Positions 25,763 through 38,519 are shown, counted from the first letter of the whole stretch. The stretch: DNA of 63,902 nucleotides, filler included, from Choristocarpus tenellus KU-1152 (GCA_964200185.2; 10 parts of 10 records of this genome joined end to end with filler, not necessarily neighbours in it), one strand, 5' to 3'. A program made the numbers and translations. The notes: generated by a model not told the origin, from the sequence alone.

Positions 25763-26200
25763 AGAACGATCTATTTTTCTAGACTTTGACATGTGGAAGG
25801 ATATAGTAAGATCGAGACATTTTTGACTTCTGGAAGTAGGGTTCTTCTAGACGACTGTAAGTGAGTGCTAGTACGGGGAACCCTACCAACTCAAATCCAA
25901 TCTTGACCAAGAAATTCAGTGCTACTAGAGACTGTTTGTAGAAGGGTAGACGTGAGGGCGAATGAGATACTAATAATAGTAATAAGGCTTAACGCATCAA
26001 TAGGTATACATATCATTACGCAAAGATTATTAACTTATATTAACTTTTATACCAAGCCCTCTAAGACATTCATCAATTTCAGGTAATCTGGTACCTGTAT
26101 ATCATACGCCATAATAAACTTGCGAAACGATTGTACAGCTTCAGAATCTGGATACATTACTTTTATCAATCTATCCATTTCCTGTCTGAATTTTTCAAAA

Positions 26201-26412
26201 GCAGAGACAGTTGAGGGAAACTATATTGTATGCGAGATGACCTCTCTAAAACTGATATAGATGAATTTTATTTTGAAGACCTAAAGAATCTCCAAGTACT
26301 GAACCTCAGTGGAAAAAAAATAGGGATTATTTTGGAAATATTTAATTTTGATGCAGGAGATCTAGTTGAAGTAAAATTTTCAAATAGATTAGGCACTGAG
26401 CTTTATCTACTT
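26201..26412 (+). pseudogene. rimM: Decayed fragment of bacterial ribosome maturation factor RimM, Rickettsiales-like
   Basis: AETVEG/KLYCMRDDLSKTDIDEFYFEDLKNLQVLNLSGKKIGIILEIFNFDAGDLVEVKFSNRLGTEL fits the RimM pattern (EFYxxDL...G.I..I.NFGAGD..E.). One frameshift near 26219; GAGD has become DAGD. Confidence 0.85.
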
Positions 26413-26547
26413 GCTTGTCATTGTTTTGTCATCTTGATGAGTTGTATACTACATGTGTGAAAGTACTCAATAAAGAAAATATCGAGTTTATCGATGAGTA
26501 AAATATAGCAAAACAAACTTGTGGCGATCAAGTCGCTATTAAGAGAC

Positions 26548-26832
26548 ACTGGAAAGTTTATGAAGTAATCTGATTTTGTGGGCAGAAGGATTCTGATTGG
26601 TTGGGGGCACAGAGGAAGGGAGGGGACAGAGAGAAAAATAAGAATTAGCAAGAAGGGAAAGAACAGTTAAGTAATGAGTGGCTAAGAGAGGAAGGAGAGA
26701 AGTTAGAGAAATGAGTGGTAGGTGGAGGTACAGGGGAAGAAGAAATGGCCAGTATTGAAAATATTGCCGAGGACTGGGGGTATAAGATGAGGAGGGCGAG
26801 AAAAAGACAACCTCCGAGCAAGCTCTCCCGCC
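26548..26832 (+). repeat. Purine-rich dispersed repeat, copy 2
   Basis: Homologous to 15778-16053. Confidence 0.75.
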
Positions 26833-27133
26833 CACCCACCCTGTCGCTTGCTCACGACCGATGAGGATGCTGGGGAAAGGGAGGGGAGGTCAAGTTCGGG
26901 CGGGGTAGATGTCTTCTAGCCCAAAGGCATGGTATGAAGTGGATGATGAAGGGGTGTTCTGGGATGGTTGTGGAGTGGTGTTGAGTGGTGTGGTGTTGAG
27001 TGGTGTGGGGTTGAAGGGTTGGGGGGTTGACTGGAAACAAGTGGCGAAGGGGTCGCACTGGTTGGTCATCAGATATGGGGGGTGACTGGAAATCAGTGGT
27101 GAAGGGGGTTCGCACTGGTTGGTCTTCAGATGT

Positions 27134-27171
27134 GGGTCAAAGTATCTGAGAGGGGGGTGTCGGCGTCCGTT
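27134..27171 (+). mobile_element. TIR of a CAAAGTATCT-type element (family C) at a contig end
   Basis: gggtcaaagtatctgagaggggggtgtcggcgtccgtt; a similar end occurs at 54851. Confidence 0.7.
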
Positions 27172-28358
27172 NNNNNNNNNNNNNNNNNNNNNNNNNNNNN
27201 NNNNNNNNNNNNNNNTTAATTAATTAANNNNNNNNNNNNNNNNNNNNNNNNNNNNNNNNNNNNNNNNNNNNGTACACCTTCAAGAGTCCCCCTTTACTGC
27301 CTTTAGCGTCAAGAATAGGGTATATAGCCTGTACGGGCGGGGGCTGGTCCTAAGAAGGATTGTTTGCAGCTATGTTATCTCCCTCAATTATCACCAACTA
27401 GATCAAGAAGTTCTTGAGGAAGCTTTGGGCAGAGGGACAACTTGATGACAAGTCACACATCGTGTTCATTGAGAATGTATACACATCAGATATTGAGCTG
27501 ACTCTATGGAGTATTTTCCTCCAGGCGAGGTGCAGGGTATGCACGTTACTGTGCTTGGGAGATATCCAAGAGGAAAGGAAGAAGTCCAAGAAGATGCCTA
27601 GTGTATGGCCTGCCTGGATGAGAATGAGGATGGGGGGGGGGAGGGGGGAATCACGTGTGACGCTGCTAAGGAGAGCATGAAGTACCTTGAGATGGCTAGG
27701 ATGGACTAACGGAGTGAATGAGGAGGATAAAGAGTACAGGATAGCAGAGATGGACACTTAGGAAGCAAGAGAAAACCATCAAAGCTGCAGCCAAAGCAGG
27801 AAGCTCGCGCCTTTGTGCAGGGAGTTGGGTGCATGGTGAGGGAGTCAGTGCAAGGGGGTGCTATCAGACCGCCACCTCCTATGTACCGACTTTATCAGGT
27901 CCTCTACAAAATGAAGCACTCGCCATCCCTGTGTGCAGCAGCATGAACAAGACACCCTTGGGTCCCTGTTCCCCTCAAGCGACACTATCCTGAGGCTTGA
28001 TAGGCTCCAGGCACTTGCTTCCCTAGCGCCCCATCCCACCAAAGCATGTCTCTGGCCTGCCAGAACTCTCCAGGGTTATCTCTGTGGGCGTTCATGATGC
28101 CGTTGATGACCCCAGGACCTTACATGGAGGGCAGGTTTTTCATACCCCTTGGACTCCTCTTTTTGGCCTTTTGTTTCGACCGTGCTTGGGTGTAACCTAC
28201 AAGTTGCTCAACAAAACACACCAGTCAGTCAGTTCTTCAATTGGACGCAACACAATCAAGGGCGAGAGCACTCGAACGCTCTGTTCCTAAACAGGTCCTT
28301 ACTAGGGCAAAAATGGCGACGAGTCATAAGGACCAGTTGCTGGAAGCACTATCTTTTG

Positions 28359-28409
<51 letters not shown>

Positions 28410-30137
28410 ATTAAGTCACAAGAATATTCCTTGTGGAAAAATCTGTTCTTAGTCAGGTGGAGAGCGTAGGGAGACTCAAGGTGTCAACTACCACCCTCAC
28501 CATACATGCCTTCGGGCGCTGATGAGATAATACTCAGTAAATCTAGTAGGACAGTCGAAAAGGTCAACATCTGAATGTTGCTAGGTAAGTAAGTGTATGT
28601 AGTGATGTGGCTGGCTGAACCTTGGTTGTCTTCACTTATGCGCCTCTTTTGTCGACATATGTAGGGCACTTGGTTCACAGACTTCAACGAAGTATTTGCA
28701 ATAAATTCCGACACTGTGAAACGTGGGAGGGGCGTTGAGGCCCGGATTGGACATAACTGTGCTTGATGTAAGAGCCAATATATGTGTACGAAGTGAGAGC
28801 CGGTTTGTAGAATGGACACTTCCTGCCTTTTTCCTTTTTTTATCGCCCCCAAAAGCCACCAGAGATGCCCCTCCTCTCAATAGGTTTAGGATCGATAGGA
28901 ATTGAGATACTTGAGGACCCGCTTCCCAGATTCTAACCACTTGTTGCCAAGTAGCCTATTCTCTTTTCGTAGACATGTCTTCTTCTCAACTTGCATGGTT
29001 GTGCCCCTAAGGCATCAGCCATGGTTGCCGGTTTGTTCTCCATTCTCTAGGTGGACCCAAAAAAGTTGGCCTCAGTGCCATCATCACGGTCTCTGTCAGT
29101 CCATATCAAGGCGGATACAACCACAGTGGGCTTTGCGGGTGTGGATGCTCAGAGAATCATGAACTGGTTGAGCAGGGTTAGGGTTTGGAGCAGGGTGACG
29201 AACGTGACCATAGGGTTAGGGTCGTATATACGGATGGTCTGTGGTCTGCCCATGAAGCTGACAATACAGATGGGTTTATGATGCTAAGGCCATTTAGTAC
29301 CAGTGGCCTCAATCTCCTTTTGTCAAGAGTTCTGGCTACATTGCGAATGTGTCGGTGCCAGATAGAAAAGGGCTCATTTCAATTTCATGAATGATGGAAA
29401 TGACCTCATTCTAATTCAGCAGGTACATGCCGCAAAGAATAAAAGGCCTCAAACGGGAACCTTTGCCCTAGATGGGAACAGATAAGTCAAACGTGCCTCT
29501 GAGTCCCTCCCAACCTTCAAAGGTTCCAACCTGGACCTGAGACTCTTCAGAGCAAGACTCGATCTGCTCAAGAAGGAAGTCCAAGAAAAAGGACGACACC
29601 GTTACCAATAGGAGCAGGACCATGAAGAGTATGGTGATCAAAAAGAGCTATGCTCATGGAGATGAGACCTAGCTTGGTCCACGCAAGAGAGGGAACCCTG
29701 ATGAAATCAAACAGTGCAAGGACGCTCAGACAGAGGATAAGGAGAGGGATTTGTTGTGGGCTCTTCCACCTTAACGTTGGCAAAGGTTGTTGTAGTTTGA
29801 CAACAAAAGTGTGCTGCATTGTATGCTAAGGATCTTCTCTCCTTCACCCTCTCCAGCACATTCTTGTCCATAAAACCACCTGCAGAGAGGTCGGTCCTGG
29901 ATGTCCTATTGCTCCATCAAACCTGCTTGCCTGGTGACAACACTCTCTGGTGGTGAATATTAGAGGACATACTGAGAATAGTAAACAAAAGCCTTAGAAG
30001 GTAGTTGTAGATTATGGCTTTTTAAATGGTATTTTTAACCTTTCCAATGGTATTTCAAAATTGATTTGAGCACAATTAACTTGATTTGCTATATGCCGCC
30101 TATGCTCAAACACACTACTCTCCACAGGTATGTAACA

Positions 30138-30397
30138 GAGTGAAAGTATCTTAGAGGGTACGAGTTTTGACCTGTTTGTTCATTTGGGTTTTGGCTTCCC
30201 ATGGGTTTTTTTCAATACATTTTCCTACTCCAAAATGTTTTGGAGCAGGTAAAATGTATACATTATGAAAAGTTGTGTCCAGCACATGGATATTGACACT
30301 TCCTAACAACCACGATGGCCAAAATTACATCAAAATCGCAACATTGGATTTTGACTCCCAAATGGACTCAGCCTTACCCTGAAAGATACTTTGGCTC
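30138..30397 (-). mobile_element. MITE family A, full length, with 4-bp TSD (aaca)
   Basis: aaca|gagtgaaagtatcttagagggta...gatactttggctc|aaca. Confidence 0.92.
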
Positions 30398-30929
30398 AAC
30401 AATACCCTGGACTATGCAACATAGAGGAGGGCAGAGGATAGAACAATGCAAGCACTAACAAGCAAGGTTGGTGTGACGTGGCCACAGGGCAGGGCAAATG
30501 GCCTATAGTGGGATTTCACTGAAAGTCCGCATACCATAGGAAATAACCCATCACACGCCAAGGAACACACACAAGCATGTTTGGATGACCCCTACGATCT
30601 TAAAGTCAATGCTAAGGAGACTTCGACGCAACAACCCTGCTAACCCTGGTGTTATGGCGCACACCACAAAGTCATGGTGTCATCACTGTAAAAAACAATA
30701 CACACAGGTAGTAAGTACTTTGCACTGAGTATAAACAAGGAAGTGAGTGTTGTATCAAATTTTCGGTGTGCGCCTTCACATCACAATTTCTGTTGCTTCC
30801 ACCCCGCCTCCCCCCCCCCCCAGCGACCCNNNNNNNNNNNNNNNNNNNNNNNNNNNNNNNNNNNNNNNNNNNNTTAATTAATTAANNNNNNNNNNNNNNN
30901 NNNNNNNNNNNNNNNNNNNNNNNNNNNNN

Positions 30930-31730
30930 GGTTTTGTGTTGAGAGGTGGTGGTTGGTGTGTTGGGTTGTGGGGTGGGGGGGGGGGTACCAGCGTCCGTTT
31001 ATTACGCTTTTTCCGATTTTCATTTTTGGTGTGATTTGGTTGCACATGTCGGATTGGAAATGTGGGCAAAAAAAAGAAGACTGTTGGTTAGGTTCCATTC
31101 TGTCCTTGCGTACGCAAAAGGAATGGGAATATATGCCACCATTTATTTGGGCTTGGTTAGGAGTTTCGACGTTTGCATGTGTCGGATCTCGAATATTTTC
31201 AAACAGGCTTATGTCGACGTGTATTTGGTTGTACAGTTAGGATGAAGAATGAGAGATAGGCCATTGACGGTTTCAGGGCTATTTATTGGTTTGTTTGGTT
31301 GCATGAGTGGGATTTGCTCAGCGCATAAAGAGAGCTGTCGGTCAGGGTGTGTTTTCCCAGTGTTAGCACGAGGAACTGAAGAAAAGACCATGGACTGTTT
31401 CGAGGTTATTTTTTTCGTTTATTTGCCTGCATGAGTCGTGTCTGGTATGTACACAAAGAGGACTGTCAGTTAGGGCCTGTTGTCCCGGTGTGTGCACGAG
31501 AAATTACAAAAAAATCATGTACTGTTTTAAATTTAGCATTTCGTTTATTTGCTTGCATGTGTCGGAATTGTATGTACACAAACGGGTTTGTCGCTAAAGG
31601 TGTTAGGGCTAAAGTTGTTGGCATAAAGGAAGGGAAAAGGGTCAGGTCTAACTTTCGGCTTAGTGAATTGTTTCTTTGATGTAATGTGTCGACGGATTCC
31701 GGATGTGTTTACAAAGGCTTATTGGTCAAG
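30930..31730 (+). mobile_element. End of a longer CAAAGTATCT-related element (family C) with iterated subterminal motifs
   Basis: The start matches 54880-54981. The motif tttg(g/c)ttgcat(g/a)(t/c)gtcggat recurs about 6 times, degenerate. Confidence 0.5.
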
Positions 31731-31988
31731 GTCTATTGTCGTACGTTTCGCTGGAAGTATCTCAAGATATACAACCCTTGATTCTGGGTTAGGGTTAGTG
31801 GGTTGAATAAATCCTGATGAGGGAGGGTTGGTTTGGTGTAAGTAGGGTCGATGGCGGCACTGGTACGTAATTCAGGTAAGACTCTTGTCTATTTTAGGTT
31901 GGCACGGAATGCAGATGGGCTCAGTGTGTAAATGTTAGGGTAAGGATATGGTTAGTGTCGGTGTGCGGGGGTGGAGATCCAGGACATT

Positions 31989-32245
31989 GAGTCAAAGTAT
32001 CTTAGAGGGTAGACCCGCGTCCATATGGGGATCAAAATCCAATGTTGCGACTCTGATGTAATTTTGGCTGTCGTGTTTGTTAGGAAGTGTCAATATCCTT
32101 GTTCCAGACCCACTTTCTCATAACATGTACATTTTACCTGTTCCGAAATATTTTGGAGTAGAAAACTTCGTAAAAACCCCAAGGGAAGTCAAGTACCAAA
32201 TGGACAAACAGGGCAAACGTCGTACCCTCTAAGATACTTTCACTC
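31989..32245 (+). mobile_element. MITE family A, full length (257 bp)
   Basis: gagtcaaagtatcttagagggta ... taccctctaagatactttcactc. Confidence 0.92.
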
Positions 32246-32972
32246 TCGACAGACTTGTCGACGCTGCTGCCCACCGCATGGACGTTTGGGGACATTCCGG
32301 GGTCACTCCCGACAGGCATGGACTCTGTGCCTAGCCGCCCCCCCACGTCCTCCTGGACATCTTCCTCTGGACATTATAAAGCCTTACAATTGGGCCGGTC
32401 CCCATCGCCTTGAGGGTCGTTCGGTGAGGGCGTGGTTGGATGCCTTCCCCCATGTAGTGAACCGCTTCCTGCACCTAAGGTAGGGTTAGGCCGTGGCGTC
32501 TCCTGTCCCTCTTTATCACCTAGTGGGTCGGGTCCTCCACAAGGTAGAGGCGTGGATACGCCACCAGCTACCGGTGTCTTCACCACCGCAAAATTGCAGA
32601 AGGTGGAAAGTTCGTCGATGAGGAGTTGGATACGATCTGGATCGTGGTTGTCCCCGAGGGTGGTGCATGTGATTACGATGCCTCCTGGTCGGGTCTGGAG
32701 AAGGGCGACTGCTCTCTCTTGGGCGGCGCTCGTTTCGGACTTGAACTTGCCAAGGTCGTGCTCGGATGTGGTGTTTTTCTCTGGCGTGATCACAATGTTT
32801 GTGGCTCGTTTTATCTTTGTAATGGTGGAGGAGTAGGCAAAGGATGATGCGAAGTAGGAGGCAAAACAACGGGAAGAGGGGTTAGGGTTAGGAGGCAAAG
32901 GATGAGGCAGAGGTTGGTGAAAAGGAGTAAGGGAAGGAGGATATAGAGGAGGAGGCCAAGACTGAGGAAAAG

Positions 32973-33706
32973 ATGGAAGGAAAGGAGCACGTGCGGTTCG
33001 TCATACTTGGGCGGATTATTTTAGCCCATGTGTTCGCGCAATTGATAACACGCCCGGACATCAGCTATGAGGAGCTCAAACGAGCAGTTCTCTTGTCGAC
33101 AACTTACCTTCACTCGGGTCAAGATGGTCATGATGGAGTATTAGCAATGCATGGCAATGTGAAGAACAGCCATGCTCGGAAGACCAAAGGATAATCAGCT
33201 GGAAGTGGCCTCAGACCAAACCAATGTTGATATTGTTTAAGGACGAACCATCGATGGCAGAATTGCTACCAATACTTTAATGGAAAGCCGCCGCCAATAC
33301 GTCCGCCTGGGATGGCACGCGGAACACTTCCGCCACCTCCAACTCGTGGGAGCAGCAACAAAGTCGACGGAAACCAAGCGCGCTCCTTCTCCAGTTTCAA
33401 GGTAACAGCAGACTAGGAGGTTAACAAAAGTGCGGTGTTCAAATCCTCCTGTGGAAGACAAGTCGAGATATTATGTGACTCTGGAGCAAACGTACATCTT
33501 ACACCTGATCGTGAAGTTCTCAGAAGTACTCGGGGCACCAAACGCACATGCACCTTCGGAAACAATGGGAAATTGAAAGCGAAGGAAATCGGGGATATGG
33601 TTCTAATGGTGACGGACAAGAACAGCAAACCAACAAGAGTGGTTCTGAAAGATGCTTCTATGGGTCCCAAGTCTACCATGCCGCATATTGAGTACTGGAA
33701 GTATAC
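32973..33706 (+). pseudogene. Ty1/copia gag zinc knuckle plus aspartic protease fragment
   Basis: C*YCLRTNHRWQNC (CCHC knuckle), then ILCDSGANVHLTPDREVL...TFGNNGKLKAKEIGDMVL...VVLKD; in-frame stops. Confidence 0.85.
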
Positions 33707-33878
33707 NNNNNNNNNNNNNNNNNNNNNNNNNNNNNNNNNNNNNNNNNNNNTTAATTAATTAANNNNNNNNNNNNNNNNNNNNNNNNNNNNNNNNNNNNNN
33801 NNNNNNTTTCCGGTGCCGGAGCACGCAGTCCCGCCCATCCGCCGCACGAGTGTGGCTATTGTGGTGGGGGGGGGGGGT

Positions 33879-33912
<34 letters not shown>

Positions 33913-34933
33913 TCTGGTGACTTTTTGTGTTTTTTCTCTGTATGGAAGCAACCCTCCGTTGCTGATGATCAACCAAGTGGAGGATGCTCCGGTGGCGGAC
34001 CTATCCCTGCCCCGACGGGAGAGGATGTGAGTGACATTAGCGCTTTTTTTGTTTTACTATTTTTTTACTTCGTATATTTTACTTTTTTTTTAACCCTTTT
34101 TTACTCTTTATATATTTTTTCTATTTTTTACTTTATATATCTTACTCTCCTTTTTTACTCTTTTTTTTTTAAAGAAGGTAATGTAAGACGATGTAGGATA
34201 TATATGTAGGACTTGGGTATATTGTTACTTGAAAAAGAAATGATTTTGGAAGGGTTTCTTGTGCCTCCCACGCGAGAGGGTGTTGTGATGACATCGTATT
34301 TTTATTTTTTAAAAACCCGGTATGTTATCGTAATGTTTTGCGTAGCAAGTAGAGAGGACTCGATTCTGTTCTTACTTGAGAATAATAAAAAATGATGCGT
34401 GTGTGTTCTTGGTTATTTTTTATTTTTTCTGCAGTTATTTATTTATTTATTTTTGGGGGGGGGGTTGAAAGAGCGTGAATGATGATGTCACTCGAATGGG
34501 GCTCGAACAGTGCATTTTGTGGAAATATAATATTTAATATTTTTTTGGAATTGTTTTCTGGAGTTTTTTTTTTTAATGACAGTGGTAAATTTGATGCCGG
34601 GTAGAGGAAGTGGTAGGTAAAGTAATTACATATATATTATTTTTATAATTTTTTTGAAAGAGAATGATAGTTTGGGATGCAAGAAAAAGGAATTTATTTC
34701 TTTGAAGTATGTTATGGATCTTTTTTGAGAGGGATTGACAGGTGTTTATTTTGATTCGTCTTAAGGAGATGTGTGTGTTGTGTGTGTATGTATTTTTCTT
34801 ATTTTAATATGAATGTGTATGTGTAGGGTTAGGGTTACTGCACACTTATCTATATGCGTACTTCTCCCCTCTTCTATTTTTTTTTGTATGCCCATTTTCT
34901 TTTCATTTGATGAGTGTGAAGTAGGGCTGACCG

Positions 34934-35068
34934 AAAAGGGTACTGTAACCCCATCAAATCAATTTTTGTTACAAAAAGGTACTGTATCCCCATCAAATCA
35001 ATTTTTGTTATAAAAAGGTACTGTAACCCCATCAAATCAATTTTTGTTATAAAAAGATACTGTAACTC
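34934..35068. repeat. Minisatellite, 39-bp unit x ~3.5
   Basis: aaaaaggtactgtaaccccatcaaatcaatttttgttat repeated. Confidence 0.9.
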
Positions 35069-35499
35069 TGTCGGTGCTCTTTCTGAATTATTTTATTTTT
35101 CTTCCTTTTGAGTTGGTTCACATGGTGCATGTGATTCACAATTTTTATTAGTTTATTTTGTTTTGTATGTTACATTTTCACCCCCATCTTCTCGAACCCT
35201 ACACCCCTCCCCCACCCCCCATTGGTCAGGAGTTGCATATAGAAGATGAAAAATATATATGTACATAAAAAGAAGAAATTAAAAGATGTAGTGAAGAGTT
35301 AAATACTATTGGAAAGAGTTGACGTAGGAGTATGTTATTCCAGTAGTGTTCCCAAGGTCCAATACTGCACCTGCATTCACTCAGATTTAAGAAGATTATT
35401 TTATCTGTTTTGATATTTTTATGTATTGTTATTTCTTCCCCTGTGCTGGAGAAGTACAGGTGTAATAGAGCAAAATGTAAAATGATGTGTGAACATACG

Positions 35500-35699
35500 C
35501 ACAACACTATTGTAACACAACTCACAAACACTTTTACAACACAACACTATTGTAACACAATACTATTATAACACAACTCACAAACACTTTTACAACACAA
35601 TACTATTATGACACAACTCAAACACTTTTATGACACAACACTATTAAAACACAACTCAAAACACTGTTACAACACAATACTATTTTAACACAACTCAAA

Positions 35700-35735
<36 letters not shown>

Positions 35736-35845
35736 CGTGCTCAACGTAAATCACAATGATGCCACAACTCATAAACACTTTTACAGCACAACACTATCAC
35801 AACACATAAACACATGCACAACACAACACTATTATAACACAGTGC
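35500..35845. repeat. ACA-rich degenerate minisatellite
   Basis: acaacactatt...aacacaactca(c)aaacactttt units, plus (CA)n and (AG)n. Confidence 0.8.
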
Positions 35846-36289
35846 ATTAAAACTTTGTAATGTTATTTACTGTGCCGTGTAATGTTGTATAGAGTTTCTC
35901 TCCACAAGCGGAATCCATCCATTGACTCAGGTAGGGATGTGGAGAGCGAGGTCCGGCGCATGGCTCTAAAAGAACTTCCCCTTCTCAAGGCAAGCCCTAG
36001 CCCTAAACCCTTACTCAATGTAATGTAGTTGTTGTCTGCCCACCACAAGAAAGGTGTACCTTATTATTGACAGTTTGGTTTTGTTGGGTTGTGCCTTTTT
36101 TGGGGGGGTGCCGTGCAGAAGGAGTTATACCTTATTTCTATCGGAATGTGTTTTTGTCTTGTGTTGAATGTTGTATTTTTGTGTGTTAGAAAAGGGGTAT
36201 ACCTTATTGATTGCAGTTTATCCGTTGGGAGTGGAGTGTGGGGTGATGGCTTGTGTCGTCGTGTCGTACCTTGTTTTGTCATGATGGTA

Positions 36290-36560
36290 CAAAAAGGGGT
36301 ATGCTTTTGTTATTTTAGCATTTGTCATAGTGTACCCCTTTTTGTTGTAGCACAAGAAGGGTACACTTTTATTTTTTAGCATTTGTCATAGAGTATCCCT
36401 TTTTGTCATAATATAAGAAGGGTATACTTTTATTGTTTTTAGCATTGGTCATAGTGTACCCCTTTTTGTCATAATACAACAGTTCAAGAAGGATACACAT
36501 TTATTGTTTTTAGCATTTGTCATAGTGTACCCCCTTTTGTCAATACAGTCTTAAAGAGGT
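36290..36560. repeat. Degenerate tandem repeat, ~62-70-bp unit x ~4
   Basis: tttagcatttgtcatagtgtacccctttttgt...agaagggta(c/t)actttta repeated. Confidence 0.8.
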
Positions 36561-38519
36561 ATACCTGCTATCTTACACATCTTGTGTCATGTTGTACCTG
36601 GTGTTGTCGATATGGTACAGAAAGGGCATAAGTGCTATTTATATATTGAGACATTTTCTTGTATATTTGTTTTTATTGTGCCATATATAAAGGTATACCC
36701 TAATACTGTTTCGATAGTCTGTTCCACTACAATAAAATTGAAAGATTTAAGTTTCTAAAATGGGTGCTAATTTAGCGACCCTCCATGTAAGACCTTTTGG
36801 GGGGTTAGGGTTTTTCTCACTAAGAAATTGTAGGTTGTGGTATGATGTGAAGGTATTTGCCATGAACGATATAGAGAAAAAAATCTTGGATGATCACACC
36901 GTAACGCTGATTAATAAAATAAAATAAAACCGGCTCTATTAATTTCTGTGGAATGGTGTCTATGAAAGGAAAGATTAATTCAAGAAGAGGTGGTGCTTTG
37001 CAGCAAGACTTTAATTTATTCTTTCATTGAGTGCGGTTTGTGGGTACCAATCCTTTTGTATGTAGAGTTGGGGTTGAGTCAAGGGTATGGTATGACTATT
37101 CCGATTGTTATTGATATCGTATTTTTTTTCCCTTAGTAAGCCAATAACTGACCGACACTAGAGCAGAAGACGACAGTGGTCCCTGCACTATACTTCAGGA
37201 AGAACTCTGGTTTATTTTAATTAATATTTCACTTTTTATTTTTGTCAGATTTTTATTTTTTTTTATTTTTTTATGATGGACAGGTGTTGTGCCCCGCCCC
37301 GCTGTGGTGTGATCCCAGTAGCTTACGTACGGCTTTNNNNNNNNNNNNNNNNNNNNNNNNNNNNNNNNNNNNNNNNNNNNTTAATTAATTAANNNNNNNN
37401 NNNNNNNNNNNNNNNNNNNNNNNNNNNNNNNNNNNNGTGAAGACGACCGACACCACCCCTACGCCCCATGGGGCATATGAGACCCAGTCGGACGAAACGT
37501 CTCCGCCCGACTCCAATAGCGTCGAGGAGGGGCTTCACGTCACTGGGACGAAGATGCACCCCGTTGGCCTCGAGGGCAGCGTGCATGGGGCTTCCGTCGG
37601 GTCGGCGTCGGCCTTGATCGGGACCCTCCCTACTGCTTGCCGCATCCCTAGTGCAGGATGCATCGGTGCTGCTCCTGGCTCAGTTACTCGAGTAGTGACC
37701 CTGTCCCTAGTTTACTGGGTTTCGGGTAGCAATATATATATGCTTAATTGTACTGCTGTGACTGAAAGCTGATAGCTGTTTCGCTTCCAACACCTACCTC
37801 TTGCAATAAGCTGAGAATCCAACCATGTGACTGTGGTGAACCGGTCAGCAACTGAGGTATTGGGTGTGATGGTCAAGAGTATATGGAAGGACGAACCTTC
37901 ATTGGGTGAGTTGCATGAGCAGTAACATGTAATTCGAGGTAATATTATAGAGATAATGAAGAGAGTATCATCTGTTGCAGACTGAATAGAACTGCAGCAA
38001 TAGTTGTCCACTGAAGTATTCTGTGACAAACTGGAGTAGTGCTGAAACAGTAAAAATATTTGAAAAGGTATTAACTCAACCCATCCCCCCATACAATCGA
38101 ATTAATAAATCTATTTACTGCTGGATATGCAAGAAGAACTACCATACAAAAGTACTGTAGTAGTCCGGGTAGGCCTGGTAGTCATCTTGCCGGCTCCTGG
38201 TCTGCTCCCCAACCGTCTCCCTACTCCTACCTGTCCGCCTTGCTGGATGTCTGTGTGCCCAGCTGCTGATGCCCTCATTGTACTGTGTACACAACAAAGT
38301 GATTGGTGCATCATAGTCAGATCTTGCCGTATTTTAATTGCAACCCCACCTGCCACGTTCTGTGTAGCACTGCACTGACACTGCACTGAATAGCAGTGTT
38401 TGACATGCTATCTATGGATACCTTCTCATGCCTGTTGCCATTTGTAGGGGAACTTCCCAGAGTGTGTTTGGGATGCTTGCTGGTACACATCGCGTAAGAG
38501 CATCGATTGATTATATATT

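Noticed and set aside
28360-28410. (GT)n, (CA)n, (AG)n and poly-G tracts and the short ORFs crossing them
   Set aside because: Ordinary microsatellites; the CVCV-type ORFs are artefacts.
27272-30130. Possible LINE/DIRS or other TE coding remnants
   Set aside because: No diagnostic motif that I could recognise in any frame.
33425-33460. tRNA-like GTTCAAATCC T-loop
   Set aside because: No cloverleaf, and it lies inside the copia gag-protease frame.
34934-35068. CRISPR-like array
   Set aside because: Head-to-tail repeats with no unique spacers and no cas genes, in a eukaryotic context.
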